Part shown: piece by piece, positions 11,401 through 20,831 of the stretch | How positions within the stretch are numbered: the first letter of the stretch is position 1 | How the letters are laid out: each line of letters starts with the position of its first letter | NCBI GenBank assembly: GCA_965199955.1 | Contig: CBDATQ010000001.1 | Coordinates: 1,344,001-1,408,000, forward strand | Source of the DNA: Spirochaetia bacterium | GTDB lineage: Bacteria > Spirochaetota > Spirochaetia > SZUA-6 > Bin103 | Direction: 5' to 3' | Length of the DNA: 64,000 nucleotides | Position numbers and translations under genes: made by a program | Notes under the pieces: generated by a model | Told to the model about the DNA's origin: nothing | Databases searched by the model: none | What the model saw: only the letters and a program-made list of their open reading frames with translations

Positions 11401-11608
11401 TGGTGATGCCGGCCGCCGCGACGGCGGGCGGACGGTAGATGCTGTAGTTGGCGTAGCTGGTCAGCCCCAGGTCGGGGACCCAGCCGTCCATCGACTCGCT
11501 GTCGATCGCCGGCCAGGAGTGGTTTTCGGGCGCGGCCAGCAGCGCCTCTATCCGCGACTCATCGGCGACGTCGATGTGCGGGATGAGCTCCATCGGGCGC
11601 CCCGTCAT
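8420..11608 (-). CDS. Large PL26/YetA-like protein (RIFT barrel plus alpha/alpha toroid) with an N-terminal extension
   Basis: PLTFGVPVSRG…SRWPDGSARWVLVD, NFWQSYPK, YGHANFGDW…NNEYD and ARHLADVD motifs. Confidence 0.7.
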   Translation of the reverse strand: MTGRPMELIPHIDVADESRIEALLAAPENHSWPAIDSESMDGWVPDLGLTSYANYSIYRPPAVAAAGITTTVRHRFRVPPRNPKLPGPYYLAALIYDKAGEEFPLELSLGSEDVGRIEPRRHDNRRHLIVIDRPILFDDRVKWVQFASDGRGECRIERFILLAEAPEPSAFAPAIERLHVEVDTDGDAAAAAVHCLTFPPSAVAVSVQDPTGSTVVKSAPDGPSTLHAIPLAGLPLDRTWTARLTATEQDGDTTESVCEFSTSRPKPRSPNAVSPIEAKVELCDTGAAASLAGLPLTFGVPVSRGALFSAGDARLAWGDGPDDASAAQARIHSRWPDGSARWVLVDAAVPPPLQPGARADCRVLLSAAAAPNADGAISVERRDGGAVAVAGRMLRVSVQPDAEDWLLLEPTASGPPLAGGRLNRALRVELADGTPLDAAATSASVEHAGPLRTTLRCDAVHRDAAGHARLRSELRIHVYAEQPFVKIDHRLVVLCSDPDADPVFEPGVDEEQALLGVHSCTLEVPFAAAAVELAGERFEIPDDHSWSLRHEHDLAHDIVTPAGRQRRDGRTSGYLRVSSATGHTLAAGIRNFWQSYPKGVAVSGDAVRLELLPELSGEELPGDEEAWQRLYRWLQDGRYVLREGMALTTELLLALPPDGADRDAIAPLFEWLETPVAARPGLAYANATGALPRLAAKEGSAQPRYERFAAEALRQFHEDQEHWRAYGHANFGDWYGEGDWCWGNNEYDTPYCAYWEFLRGGEPGWATWGAQSARHLADVDTVNAFHDPRHVGLQPMHMPAHLGGYLPPYFRSKVPGTRGTPSHMWAEGPLLHFLLTGDESVRDSLLRSAGWLLQPERLDHYEFSAVREAGWHLIHLTMLASATGDRRAANGAAVVVRRILEKQDASGGWTRMLTSGHCWCGYPHCRGNIAFMVTVLLSALKRYYDLTHEDEASAAILAGGRWLVRETFDEKTGHFIGGSCKTMQRIAEGEVFGTQIIIEGVADAFAVSGDPEIGRCLHRALPAIGVMPDLEGHRDLGKQLSSQMRYVPTVLAALEEAGPEHS

Positions 11609-11609
11609 C

Positions 11610-12776
11610 TCAGGCGGGGATGTGGTCGGCGGCTGTCGCGTGCAGCAGCCAGAGCATGGCAGTGGTGATCACGCCCGAGGGCGGGACCACGCGCACGTCG
11701 TACCCCGGCAGGGTGATGCTCGCGTCGCCGTAGCGCCAGTAGGCGTTGACGTGGATCTCGCCCGGGTGGGGGTAGATGCTCTCGATCTCCCTGCCGCCCA
11801 GGATCCATGCCGACCGCTCGACGGTCGCGCGAGCGGCGGGCAGCTCGTCGTCCGGAAAGGTGTAGTAGCCGTTGTATATGAAGAAGTCGCCCGCCTGCAG
11901 GTCGGCCGTCTCGTCCCGCTCCGGGAAGATCAGCCGGAAAAAGCCGGGGTCTCCTGTCAGCCCGCGCTGGGCGTACAGATTGTGTCCGATCGAGGCGCAC
12001 CACACCGCGTGCCCGGCCGCGCGCGTGGCGGCGGCGACGGCGCCGATCTCGGCGATCTTGCCCAGCTCGGTCGCTCGGATGCCGATCAGGCAGCGGAGCC
12101 ACTCGGACAAGAGTTCGCGACCCTTCTGGCCGGCCGGCGACGGCACGATCGTGTACTCGCCGGGGTCGTGGAAAGCCTTGCCCTCGTGCTGGGCGTTGCG
12201 GTCCAGGCCGGTGGCGAGGCCGCCGCTCATCAGGAACACCGGCTCCCTGCCGAGCGCCGCGCAGGCGTTGGCCAGCTCGATGCACCAGAGCCACCCGGCG
12301 GAGATGTTGAGGGCGCTGGCCAGCGGGCAGATGGTCGCATCGCCATAGGGGAGGACCGGCGCGTTGCCGGCCGGCAAACCGGTGTCGATGAAGGCGGCCA
12401 CCTTCGGACGCAGGGGCGAGTCCGCGGAGCCGATCAGCGTGACCGCAACGCCGCGCTCGGCCAGGCCTTCGAGGAGCGCCCCCTGGCGGTCGGCGGCGTT
12501 GTCCTGCGTGGCCGCGATGACGACGTCTTCCGGGGAGACGCCGTCGTCGAGGGCGAACGTCTCGCCGCCGGGGATGCCGCGCACCATCATCAGGCCGGAC
12601 GCGCGGTGCTGCAGCTCGCTGACGAACCCCTCCTCGTCGCTGAGCGCCCACACCCGGCCGCCCGCGCAGGCGCGCTCGGCGGCTCGGGTGGCCGCGGCCG
12701 CGATCGAAGGAAGCTGCCGCTCCAGGCGGGTGAGCCCGGCCTGCACGGCGTCGAGATATTTTTGGGCAAGTGTCAT
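11610..12776 (-). CDS. Uncharacterised protein with two SIS-like (sugar isomerase) halves
   Basis: FVSELQHRASGLM, ERGVAVTLIGS, GDASITLPGYDVRVVPPSG. Confidence 0.55.
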   Translation of the reverse strand: MTLAQKYLDAVQAGLTRLERQLPSIAAAATRAAERACAGGRVWALSDEEGFVSELQHRASGLMMVRGIPGGETFALDDGVSPEDVVIAATQDNAADRQGALLEGLAERGVAVTLIGSADSPLRPKVAAFIDTGLPAGNAPVLPYGDATICPLASALNISAGWLWCIELANACAALGREPVFLMSGGLATGLDRNAQHEGKAFHDPGEYTIVPSPAGQKGRELLSEWLRCLIGIRATELGKIAEIGAVAAATRAAGHAVWCASIGHNLYAQRGLTGDPGFFRLIFPERDETADLQAGDFFIYNGYYTFPDDELPAARATVERSAWILGGREIESIYPHPGEIHVNAYWRYGDASITLPGYDVRVVPPSGVITTAMLWLLHATAADHIPA

Positions 12777-12821
12777 CGGTGTGCTCGTGCGGCAGTGTAG
12801 CATCGGGACGAGGGGACAGGC

Positions 12822-13463
12822 ATGAGATTCTGGATCGAAGATGGCGAGACGATGCTGTTCATCGGGGACAGCATCACCGACTGCGGCCGGCGGGCGGAGG
12901 CGGCGCCGCTGGGTGACGGGTACGTCCGCCTGTTCGCGGAGCTGACCACGGCAGCTCATCCGGAGCGGAAGATCCGGTACGTCAACAAGGGGATTGGCGG
13001 CAATCGCGTGACCGACCTGCAGGACCGATGGACCGACGACGTGCTCTATCACAAGCCGGACCGGCTGTCGGTCAAGATCGGCATCAACGATCTGCACAGC
13101 GTCCTGCGCGACGACCCGGATGCTGTGCCTCCCGAACGATTCGAGGAGATCTACGACGCCGTGCTGGAGCGGACGCGCCGGTCGCTGAACTGCCCGATCG
13201 TCCTGATCACGCCCTTCTACATCTCGGTCGAGACGACGGCGGACTCGTTCCGCCGCCAAGTGCTCGACCTGCTCCCGGCCTACATCGAGGTCGTCGAGCG
13301 CATGAGCGCAAGGTTCGGCACGCGGCTCGTGCGGCTGCACGATGTCTTCCGGGAGCAGTTGAGGTATCGGGATTCGGACACGTTCTGCCCGGAGCCGGTC
13401 CATCCCAACGGGGCCGGCCACCTGGTCATCGCGCGCGCCTTGTTCGACGCGCTGTCCGCCTGA
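12822..13463 (+). CDS. SGNH/GDSL esterase
   Basis: GDSITD, NKGIGGN, IGIND, EPVHPN (Glu-Pro in place of the usual Asp-Gly before the catalytic His). Confidence 0.92.
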   Translation: MRFWIEDGETMLFIGDSITDCGRRAEAAPLGDGYVRLFAELTTAAHPERKIRYVNKGIGGNRVTDLQDRWTDDVLYHKPDRLSVKIGINDLHSVLRDDPDAVPPERFEEIYDAVLERTRRSLNCPIVLITPFYISVETTADSFRRQVLDLLPAYIEVVERMSARFGTRLVRLHDVFREQLRYRDSDTFCPEPVHPNGAGHLVIARALFDALSA

Positions 13464-13487
13464 GCCGGGGTTCCCGGCGAATCGGAT

Positions 13488-14295
13488 CTACTTCGCCAGG
13501 CCGGTGAGCGCCGCGCTGACGCGCCAGAGCTCACGGGCCTGGCGCCGGTTGCCGGCCAGGGCCGAGGCGCGCGCGGCGCCGGTCGACGAAGTAGGCGCCG
13601 GTGACGTGCGCGACCTCCGGGTCCAGGGCGAGATGGACCGGCGTGCGCGCGCCGGTCTCCACCGGACTGCCGCCGCCGAAGTTGACGTGCAGCAGCTTGG
13701 TGTCGATCACGCCGGGGTGCAGGAAGTTGGCGGTCACCTCGGCGGCGTCCACGCGGCGGGCCAGCTCGCAAGTGAACAGCGCGTTGGCCAGCTTGGAGTT
13801 GCAGTAGGCCTGCCAGCCGTCGAAGCGGCGCTCCATCTGCAGGTCGTCGAGGTCGATGCGGCCGCTGCCATGGACGCCGGAGCTGACGTTGACGATGCGC
13901 GCGGGAGCGCTCTCCCGGAGCCGTTCGAGCAGCAGGGTGGTCAGCAGGAACGGCGCGAGGTGGTTGACGGCGAAGGTGCTCTCGTAGCCGTCGGCGGACA
14001 GGCGCCGGCTGCGGACGGCGATGCCGGCGTTGTTGATCAGCACGTCGAGCCGCGGGCAGGTGTCGAGGACTCGCTCGGCCATCGCCCGCACCTCGGCCAG
14101 GGAGCCGAGGTCGCCGGCCACCCACGTCACGTCCGGGCTTCCGGTGGCGGCGGCCACCTCCTGCGCCGCCTCACGCGCGCGCTGCTCGTCGCGGCCGTGC
14201 ACGATCACGGCGCAGCCGCGCCCGGCCAGCGCGCTGGCGGTGGCGCGGCCGATGCCGTCGGTGCTGCCGGTGACCAGGACCGTCTTCGCGGCCAC
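13488..14295 (-). CDS. SDR (retinol dehydrogenase-like); 1-bp frameshift near the 3' end
   Basis: TGSTDGIG, INNAG, VNHLAPF, YCNSK, HPGVIDT; the tail …ARELWRVSAALTGLAK lies in an adjacent frame. Confidence 0.85.
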
Positions 14296-14297
14296 CG

Positions 14298-15083
14298 CTA
14301 GATCACCTCGACGTTGCCGCAGACGCCGAGCGACTGCCCGGAGACGTTGCGGCCGGCTTCCGAGCAGAGGAACAGGATCATGTTGGCGACGTCGCGATTG
14401 CTCACCTTGCGGCGGAGCGACACGTGGCTGACGTACTCCTCGGCCACCTCGTCGAACGTGCGGCCGAGCGCCGCGGCGCGCGCGGTGACCACGCTCTCGA
14501 AGCGTTCGCCGTCGACCACGCCCGGCAGGATGGCGTTCACGCGGATGCCGTCGGGGCCGAGCTCCTTGGCGAGGCTTTGGGTGAAGCCGATGACCGCCCA
14601 CTTGGTCGCCGCGTACACCGACCGGTAGGGGTAGCCGAGCCGTCCGGCGACCGAGGACAGGTTGATGAGCGCGCCGCGCCCCGACGCGCGCAGCGCCGGA
14701 ACCGCCCGCCGTGCGCAGTAGAACTGCGAGTTGAGGTTCACCGCAACGGTGCGCTCCCAGTCCTCGACGGTGATATCCTCGACGGCGGCGGTGGGGCCGG
14801 CGATGCCGGCGTTGTTGACCAGCACGTCGAGCCCGCCGAGGGCATCCAGCGCCGCGTCGAAGAAGGCGTCGACGTGTTCGACCGCCGCCACGTCGACCAC
14901 CGCCGCCGCCGCGTCCGGCAGGGACGCGCGGCACTCGGCGATCGCCTCGGCCGAGATGTCGCACAGGTGCACGCGCGCGCCGTGCTCCAGGAGCCCCTCC
15001 ACGGTGGCGCGGCCGATGCCGCGCGCGCCGGCGGTCACGACCACCCGCAGATCGGGCGGGATACCGGTTTCCGTACCGGTCAC
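14298..15083 (-). CDS. SDR oxidoreductase
   Basis: TAGARGIG, NNAGIAGPT, YAATKW. Confidence 0.92.
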   Translation of the reverse strand: MTGTETGIPPDLRVVVTAGARGIGRATVEGLLEHGARVHLCDISAEAIAECRASLPDAAAAVVDVAAVEHVDAFFDAALDALGGLDVLVNNAGIAGPTAAVEDITVEDWERTVAVNLNSQFYCARRAVPALRASGRGALINLSSVAGRLGYPYRSVYAATKWAVIGFTQSLAKELGPDGIRVNAILPGVVDGERFESVVTARAAALGRTFDEVAEEYVSHVSLRRKVSNRDVANMILFLCSEAGRNVSGQSLGVCGNVEVI

Positions 15084-15681
15084 GGCGTGCCCCGCCGGGA
15101 GCCGCCGTCCATGTAGACGGAGCTGCCGAACACGTAGGAGCAGGCCCCGGACGCCAGGAACACGGTGACCTCCGCGACCTCCTCCGGCTCGGCGATCCGC
15201 CCGGCCGGCAGGGCGCGGCCGGCCTCGGCGATCAGCTCGTCCACGTCGCGTCCCTCCGCCGCGGCGCGGGCCGCGTGCAGCCGCCGTGTCTCATGTACGG
15301 GATCGCGAGCTGCGCCATGCGCAGGTAGCCGTAGCTCTTGAGCGCCAGCGCATCCTCGATTGTCTCCACCGGCAGGCCCAGCACGTCGGCCGCCTGGGCG
15401 GCTCCGGCGCAGTTCACCAGCACGTCCACCCCGGCGAGCGCGGCGGCGCCCTGCTCGACGGCCGCCCGGCAGCCGTCCGCGGTCGAGAGATCGGCCGCCA
15501 CAGCGTGTCCGGCGACGCCCCGGCCGGCGATCTCCTCGACCACCCGGTCCAGGCGGGCCCGGTCGCGCGCCACCACGCAGACGGAGGCGCCTTCGCGTGC
15601 CAGCGCGAGCGCGCACGAACGGCCGATGCCGCGGCTGCCGCCGGTGACGATGGCCCGCTTGCCTTCGAGCTTCAGATCCAT
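15080..15681 (-). pseudogene. SDR with an internal deletion removing the catalytic segment
   Basis: N-half (TGGSRGIG…LAIPYM) joins the C-tail (GRIAEPEEVA…YMDGG) out of frame near 15295; no YxxxK. Confidence 0.8.
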
Positions 15682-15739
15682 GACGTGTGCCGTGATTCGC
15701 AGGTGGCCTGCGGGCCGCCGGCAGCCGGTGTCCCGGCCG

Positions 15740-16129
15740 CTATCTGACCTCGTCCTTCGTCTCGAACTCGGCGGGCATGGTGATCTCGATCACCTCCCAG
15801 TCGTCCGAGTACTCCAGCAGCTCGTGCTTGACGCCGGGAGGCTGGTACCAGGCGTCGCCTGCCTCCACGCGCATCTCGCCCACCCCCTCGAAGTACATGC
15901 GCGCCCAGCCCTTCAGCATGTAGGCCATCTGGAATTCCAGGACGTGCGAGTGGTAGCCCATCGCGCCCTGGCACGGCTCCGCCGCCTTGATCACCTGCGC
16001 CAATACGCGGCCCTGCGTGGCGTTCTTGATGCCCAGGTCCCGGTAGCGGAAGTAGGGCCGCAGTCCGTCCTTGATCCAGTCCGCGTCCTTTGCATGCGCC
16101 GCGAACGCGTCGATCTGCTTCGTTTCCAT
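15740..16129 (-). CDS. Cupin domain protein
   Basis: GLRPYFRYRDLGI, HSHVLEFQ, GDAWYQPPGVKH; GGAGG RBS. Confidence 0.88.
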   Translation of the reverse strand: METKQIDAFAAHAKDADWIKDGLRPYFRYRDLGIKNATQGRVLAQVIKAAEPCQGAMGYHSHVLEFQMAYMLKGWARMYFEGVGEMRVEAGDAWYQPPGVKHELLEYSDDWEVIEITMPAEFETKDEVR

Positions 16130-16275
16130 GCTCGCCTCCTCGCTGCCTCGGCTCAGGAGTCTGTAGGATTGGCGCGTCAGCGGCAATCTTACGGACTCCT
16201 GAGCGCAAGGTGGGATGGGCCAAAAGCGGAGCCGTTCGCCGCGTGCCGTCCTCGGCAGGCGACGGTCTTGGGGCG

Positions 16276-17100
16276 CTACTCGGGCTCGAAGCGGAACCCG
16301 TACAGGTCGGCATCGCGCAGGTGAAACGCAGCTTGATGCCGCGCGGCTCGATGTTCACCGCGTCCCGCTCCGCCCAGCGCACCCGGTGGCGCACCGCGTC
16401 GCCGGTGAACCGCCGGCAGGTTTCGCGCTCGTAGCCGTCGAGCGGCTGGCCGGAGGTGTCGGTTACCCCGACCTCCACATACCCGCCGGGCCGGCAGCAG
16501 GCGTTGATCGAGAGGCGTGGGGCCATCGATAACACCGGCTTGGTCTCCACGGATCCCGGTGTAGACCCCGGCGGTGAGCGACACCCAGCCGTCCCGCCGC
16601 AGGGTCGCCAGGCAGAGGTGATGGCCGTCGCGGAACAGTTCCCGGTCGTGGACCTCGGCAGGTCGAGGCCGGCGTCGTGGCCGGAGATCCACCAGAGCAG
16701 CCCCAGGTGCATCTCGTCCACGCGCCAGGGGACGAAGCCGTAGAGCCCGTCGTCGAGGTTGTCGGCGGCGCCGGCCTCGAAGGCCATGACCGGCTCCGAC
16801 CAGTGCAGGCAGTCGTCGCTCTGCAGGCGGTGCACGCAGCGGCGCGTGTTCCAGATGCCGGCCGGCTTGTCGGCCACACCGGCATGTCGCCGGCGGCGAG
16901 GTCCACTTGCGCGCGCGGCCGTACAGCACATACCTGCGGTCGATCGGGTCGTAGGTGAGGATCTCCACGTCGCCGGCCCAGTAGGGGATGATCGGGTTGG
17001 CCGGATGCGGCTGCCAGCGCACCCCGTCCTCGGACACCTGCATGCACAGGCCGACGCCGTACAGGTTCTGCGCCGGGAACGAGTGCGCGTCGGCGCGCAG
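16276..17100 (-). pseudogene. Degraded, 5'-truncated GH32/43-like beta-propeller gene
   Basis: SEDGVRWQPHPANP, SDDCLHWSEP, LATLRRDGWVSL and DADLYGFRF in shifting frames. Confidence 0.7.
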
Positions 17101-17108
17101 CCCGGACG

Positions 17109-18111
17109 GTGGACGGCCGCAGGACCAGCATCTGCCTTGGCGACGAGACCTTCGGCAAGGTGCATGCCTTCACGATCATTGACGACCCACTCGAATCCGA
17201 TCCGGCGCAGCGCTACAAGAGCATCTTCTGGCACGAGATGACCAACATCGACGATTCCAGCATCCGCGCCGTGTACTCGGCGGACGGCCGCTCATGGCAG
17301 GCCTAGGACCGGCCGGTCAGTTTCGGGATGACCAAGCGCCGGGTCTTCAGCACCAACAGCAGGGACATCCTCAGTTGGCCGGCGCTGGACCAGACCATCG
17401 TGCCGGACGACGTCGACGACAACGTGGACGACGAGTTCTACGGCCTCATCCACTTCCGCATGGGCGAGCTGTGGGTTGGCTTCCTGTACGTGTTCCAGCG
17501 CACGCACAACATCAAGGACGTGCGCTTGGTCTACAGCCGCGACGGCTACCGCTGGAACCACGTGAGCCGCGGCTCGCCGTTCCTGGAGCGGAGCCTGGAT
17601 GGCAACTGGGACTGCTACATGGTCGAGGTCTGCAACACGCCGCTGTTCCTGGACGACGAGATACGCATCTCCTACGGCGGGGCCAACGTGCACCACGACT
17701 GGCGGACGCACGGCGAGATCGAGGGGCTGGACGTGCCCGAGGAGGCCGGGTTCGCGGGGGGCGAGACCGCGCTCGGCCTGGCGACCCTGCGCCCGGAGGG
17801 GTTCGACTCGATCGACTCGACCGTACGCGACGGCGTCATGGTGACGCGGCCGTTCGTGAGTCAGGGAAATCAAGTGGTGGTCAACGCCGTGAGCGCAGCG
17901 AACGGGTACCTGAAGGCGGAGCTGACCGATGCCGAGGACGATGTGGCCCGGTTTCGGCCGGGACGAGCGCGACACGTTCATGGGTGATGAGACCGCACAC
18001 GTGCTCTCCTGGTCGGGACGGACGGAATTGCCCCCGGAGGTGCTTGCCGGTGGCGCCAAGCTGCGCTTCTTCAGCCGCCACACGAGCCTCTACTCGTTCC
18101 GCTTCGCGTAG
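17109..18111 (+). pseudogene. Degraded, 5'-truncated GH32/43-like beta-propeller gene
   Basis: DDPLESDPAQRYK, SADGRSW then in-frame TAG, YSRDGYRW, LATLRPEGF, SLYSFRF. Confidence 0.7.
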
Positions 18112-18172
18112 GCACAGACCGACGGCATGCCACGTTGACGCGCGCCCGCCCGGACCGCAGGCTGCGCCCGCC

Positions 18173-19147
18173 ATGAAGGTCGACTGCCAGAGCCACCTGT
18201 TTCCCGCCGGCTATGCCGAGGCGCTGACGCGCAACCCCGGATCGCCCACGACCACGGGCGGGGCCGGGAACTACACCATCGCCTACGGCGACCTGCAGTC
18301 GTTCCGGCTCGACCTGGAGGACTACAGCGTGGCGCGCAAGCTGCGCGACATGGACGCCGCCGGCATCGACGTCAGCGTGGTGAGCGTGAACATGCCCGGC
18401 CCGGAGCTGCTGGAGCCGGAGCTGGCCGCGGAAGCCGCGCGCGTCTGCAACGACGGGCTGGCCGAGGCGTGCGCCCGCCACCGGCAGCGCCTGGTGGGGC
18501 TGGCCTGCCTGCCGTGGCAGAGCCCGGACGCGGCGATCGCGGAGCTGGAGCGCGCGACCGGCGAGCTGGACCTGCGCGGGGTCATGCTCTACTCGCACGT
18601 GGGCACCGGTCCCGTGGACGGCGACGCCCTGGAGCCGGTCTACGCCCGCATCGCGCGGCTCGGCGTGCCGGTGGTCCTGCACCCGTGCGTGCCGCCGTGG
18701 GCCGCGGAGACGAGCGACCACTCGATGACCACGATGGTCGGCCTGATGGTCGACCACAGCCTGGCGGCGCTGCGCCTGGTGCTCGGCGGGGTCCTGGAGC
18801 GCCACCCCGGCCTGCAGGTGGTGCAGCCGCACTGCGGCGGCGTGCTCCCCTACCTGTGGGGTCGCATCCGCAACCAGACCGAGGTGATGAAGCGCGGTGT
18901 CGACCGTATCTCGCAGACGCCGACCGAGCTGTACCGCCGGGTCCACCTCGACACCGCCTCGCCGTGGCCGCCGGCCGTGCGCGTCGCCTACGAGCTGGCC
19001 GGCGCCGACCGCCTGGTGTTCGCCAGCGACCACCCCTGGGTGGAGATCCAGCTCCTGATGGACTCCCTGGAAGCGCTTGGGCTACCCGCCGATGACCTGC
19101 AGCGGATATACGCGGACAACGCCTGCGGCCTGTTCCGCATCGACTGA
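18173..19147 (+). CDS. Amidohydrolase_2 family protein (ACMSD/decarboxylase-like)
   Basis: DCQSH, MDAAGID, VVLHP, HCGGVLPY, FASDHPW. Confidence 0.88.
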   Translation: MKVDCQSHLFPAGYAEALTRNPGSPTTTGGAGNYTIAYGDLQSFRLDLEDYSVARKLRDMDAAGIDVSVVSVNMPGPELLEPELAAEAARVCNDGLAEACARHRQRLVGLACLPWQSPDAAIAELERATGELDLRGVMLYSHVGTGPVDGDALEPVYARIARLGVPVVLHPCVPPWAAETSDHSMTTMVGLMVDHSLAALRLVLGGVLERHPGLQVVQPHCGGVLPYLWGRIRNQTEVMKRGVDRISQTPTELYRRVHLDTASPWPPAVRVAYELAGADRLVFASDHPWVEIQLLMDSLEALGLPADDLQRIYADNACGLFRID

Positions 19148-19192
19148 ACTGAAGCGAGGTATGCGGGTCCGCATCTCTCCCGCACGACCGTG

Positions 19193-19254
19193 CATTCACG
19201 CTGTCATGGCATGAAGGCGTGAATGAGAAGGCGAAACGGGGTTTCATTCACGCC
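19193..19254. repeat. Three-armed inverted repeat (copy A); may also act as a bidirectional terminator
   Basis: CATTCACGC(19193)…GGCGTGAATGA(19216)…TCATTCACGCC(19244-19254). Confidence 0.7.
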
Positions 19255-19256
19255 CG

Positions 19257-20015
19257 CTACTCGGGCGGTGTGTCGTGCTCTCCGATCTTCCACACTCCCT
19301 TCTCACGGAACGCTGGAATGGTCTGGCGCCGGGCAGCGTTGGTGACGGCCGGCGCCGACAGGCCACGGCGTCTGATGTAGTCGGACAGCCTGACGACCAC
19401 GTCACTCCTGAGGTAACTCAGCCTCTTGTGCAAGGACTCCAGAAGAGCCAGGACGAGGATACGCTCCATGGTCTGGCTCCGGTTCCGTTCGGCGTAGTCG
19501 CGGAACGCCTGATAGTAGAGGTCCTTCTCCTTGTCGCGGATGATCACGGAGGGGAGTCCGAGCTGGCAAAGCTGAAAGTTGATGATGATCCGGCCCATGC
19601 GCCCGTTGCCATCGCAGAACGGATGGATGGTCTCGAACTGCAGGTGACAGGGCGATCTTGTCCGGGAAGTAGGAGTCGAGATCGCTGGAATAGTCGAGCA
19701 GTGCCGATGCCATCAGGGGCTCGACTCGCTCGGGCGCCGGAGCGATGTGAGTGCCGACGCGCACGTACTCACCAGTCTGGCAGAAGCGGCCGGCGATGGC
19801 ATCGTCTATGCCGCCGAGCAGCATCTGATGCAAGAGGACCTTTCCGTTTCGTCGAGCGTGAGCTTCGAGTTCTCGATGGCGTTCGAGTTGTAGACGCCTT
19901 CAGGTATCTCGACGTCATCGATCATCGCCAGCAGTGACTCCTTGCCGAGCCGCGAGGCTTCGTATTCGCGTGTGAAATCCCGGATGCGTGTTCTGAGCGG
20001 CTGCGAGGTCGCCAT
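19257..20015 (-). pseudogene. fic: Fic family protein with a C-terminal HTH-like tail, frameshifted
   Basis: HPFCDGNGRMGR Fic motif; SNAIEN inhibitory motif; spread over three ORF fragments. Confidence 0.88.
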
Positions 20016-20032
20016 TGGTTGCAGATGATGCC

Positions 20033-20091
20033 AAATCACGCCATTGAGGCAAGAAGGAGTGAATCCAGCCGAGAATCAGTCGTCATTCACG
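20033..20091. repeat. Degenerate copy B of the three-armed repeat
   Basis: AAATCACGC…GGAGTGAAT…TCATTCACG; 23/33 ungapped identity with 19193-19225 by manual alignment. Confidence 0.55.
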
Positions 20092-20230
20092 ATCGGTACT
20101 CCGACGCGTACTGAGGCTCCTGAAAAAGGCGAAGTGGCGGTGCCGGCCGGACACCGTGATCGGCATGGGTGAAGGACGCGATGAGCTCGGCGAGGTGACA
20201 CTCGCACCGTGATCTGCAAGGATCTTTGGC

Positions 20231-20446
20231 ATGACGTTGCTTGAGATGGCGATCACGGAGGTCCGCAAGCTGCCGGAGGACAAGCAGGACGCAATCGCCG
20301 CGCTGATTATCGAGGAACTCGAAGACGAGCGACGATGGGACAGCGCTTTCGCGTCGTCTCAAGACAAGCTCTCCAAGCTCGCTCAGAAAGCTCGTGCCGA
20401 CCGCAGCGCGGGCCGCGGCAGAGAGATGGGCTTCGACGACGTGTGA
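20231..20446 (+). CDS. Putative antitoxin (small acidic protein)
   Basis: MTLLEMAITEVRKLPEDKQDAIAALIIEELEDERRWD…; GTGA overlap with a downstream RelE/ParE-like gene. Confidence 0.7.
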   Translation: MTLLEMAITEVRKLPEDKQDAIAALIIEELEDERRWDSAFASSQDKLSKLAQKARADRSAGRGREMGFDDV

Positions 20447-20588
20447 AGTCGTACCTGACCCACGACTTCATCGCATGTTTTCGTCGACTGCCGCGTGCCG
20501 TCAGAGACTAAGGCCCGCAAGAACTATCGTCTTGGGCTACGGGACTCCAGCCATCCCAGCCTCCAATTCAAGCCGATCCATTCCCGCT
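20443..20588 (+). pseudogene. RelE/ParE-like toxin, frameshifted and 3'-truncated
   Basis: VKSYLTHDFIACFRRLP… then KARKNYRL…HPSLQFK in the next frame. Confidence 0.7.
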
Positions 20589-20755
20589 CCTGGCGATGGC
20601 CTACGGCTCCGGCATCGCGCTGCTCTGGCAGCTCGCCGGCTGGCAACGCCGGCTGCGGCCGCTGGCGGCCATGGGCCGGATGGCGCTGACCAACTACCTC
20701 CTGCAGTCGGTCGTCGCCACTCGGCTGTTCTACGGGTACGGCCTGAGCTTGACCC
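20584..20755 (+). pseudogene. Internal fragment of a DUF418 (YeiB-like) membrane protein
   Basis: LRPLAAMGRMALTNYLLQSVV…FYGYGL. Confidence 0.75.
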
Positions 20756-20831
20756 AAGTCCGGGTATCCCATAGATTCCGCGGGAGGCTGGAACGCCCGG
20801 CCAGACCCCCGTTCGAGATCCTGGAGGCACC

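Noticed and set aside
17304..17306. In-frame TAG as pyrrolysine or stop-codon reassignment
   Set aside because: It lies in a gene already truncated and deleted; TAG ends many intact genes here; no pyl genes are present.
17294..19147. Apparent long fusion ORFs (also 11610-13421, 27181-29397, 52975-54669, 56788-58701, 59012-61078)
   Set aside because: The N-terminal extensions are open only through lack of stops; the real starts are internal.
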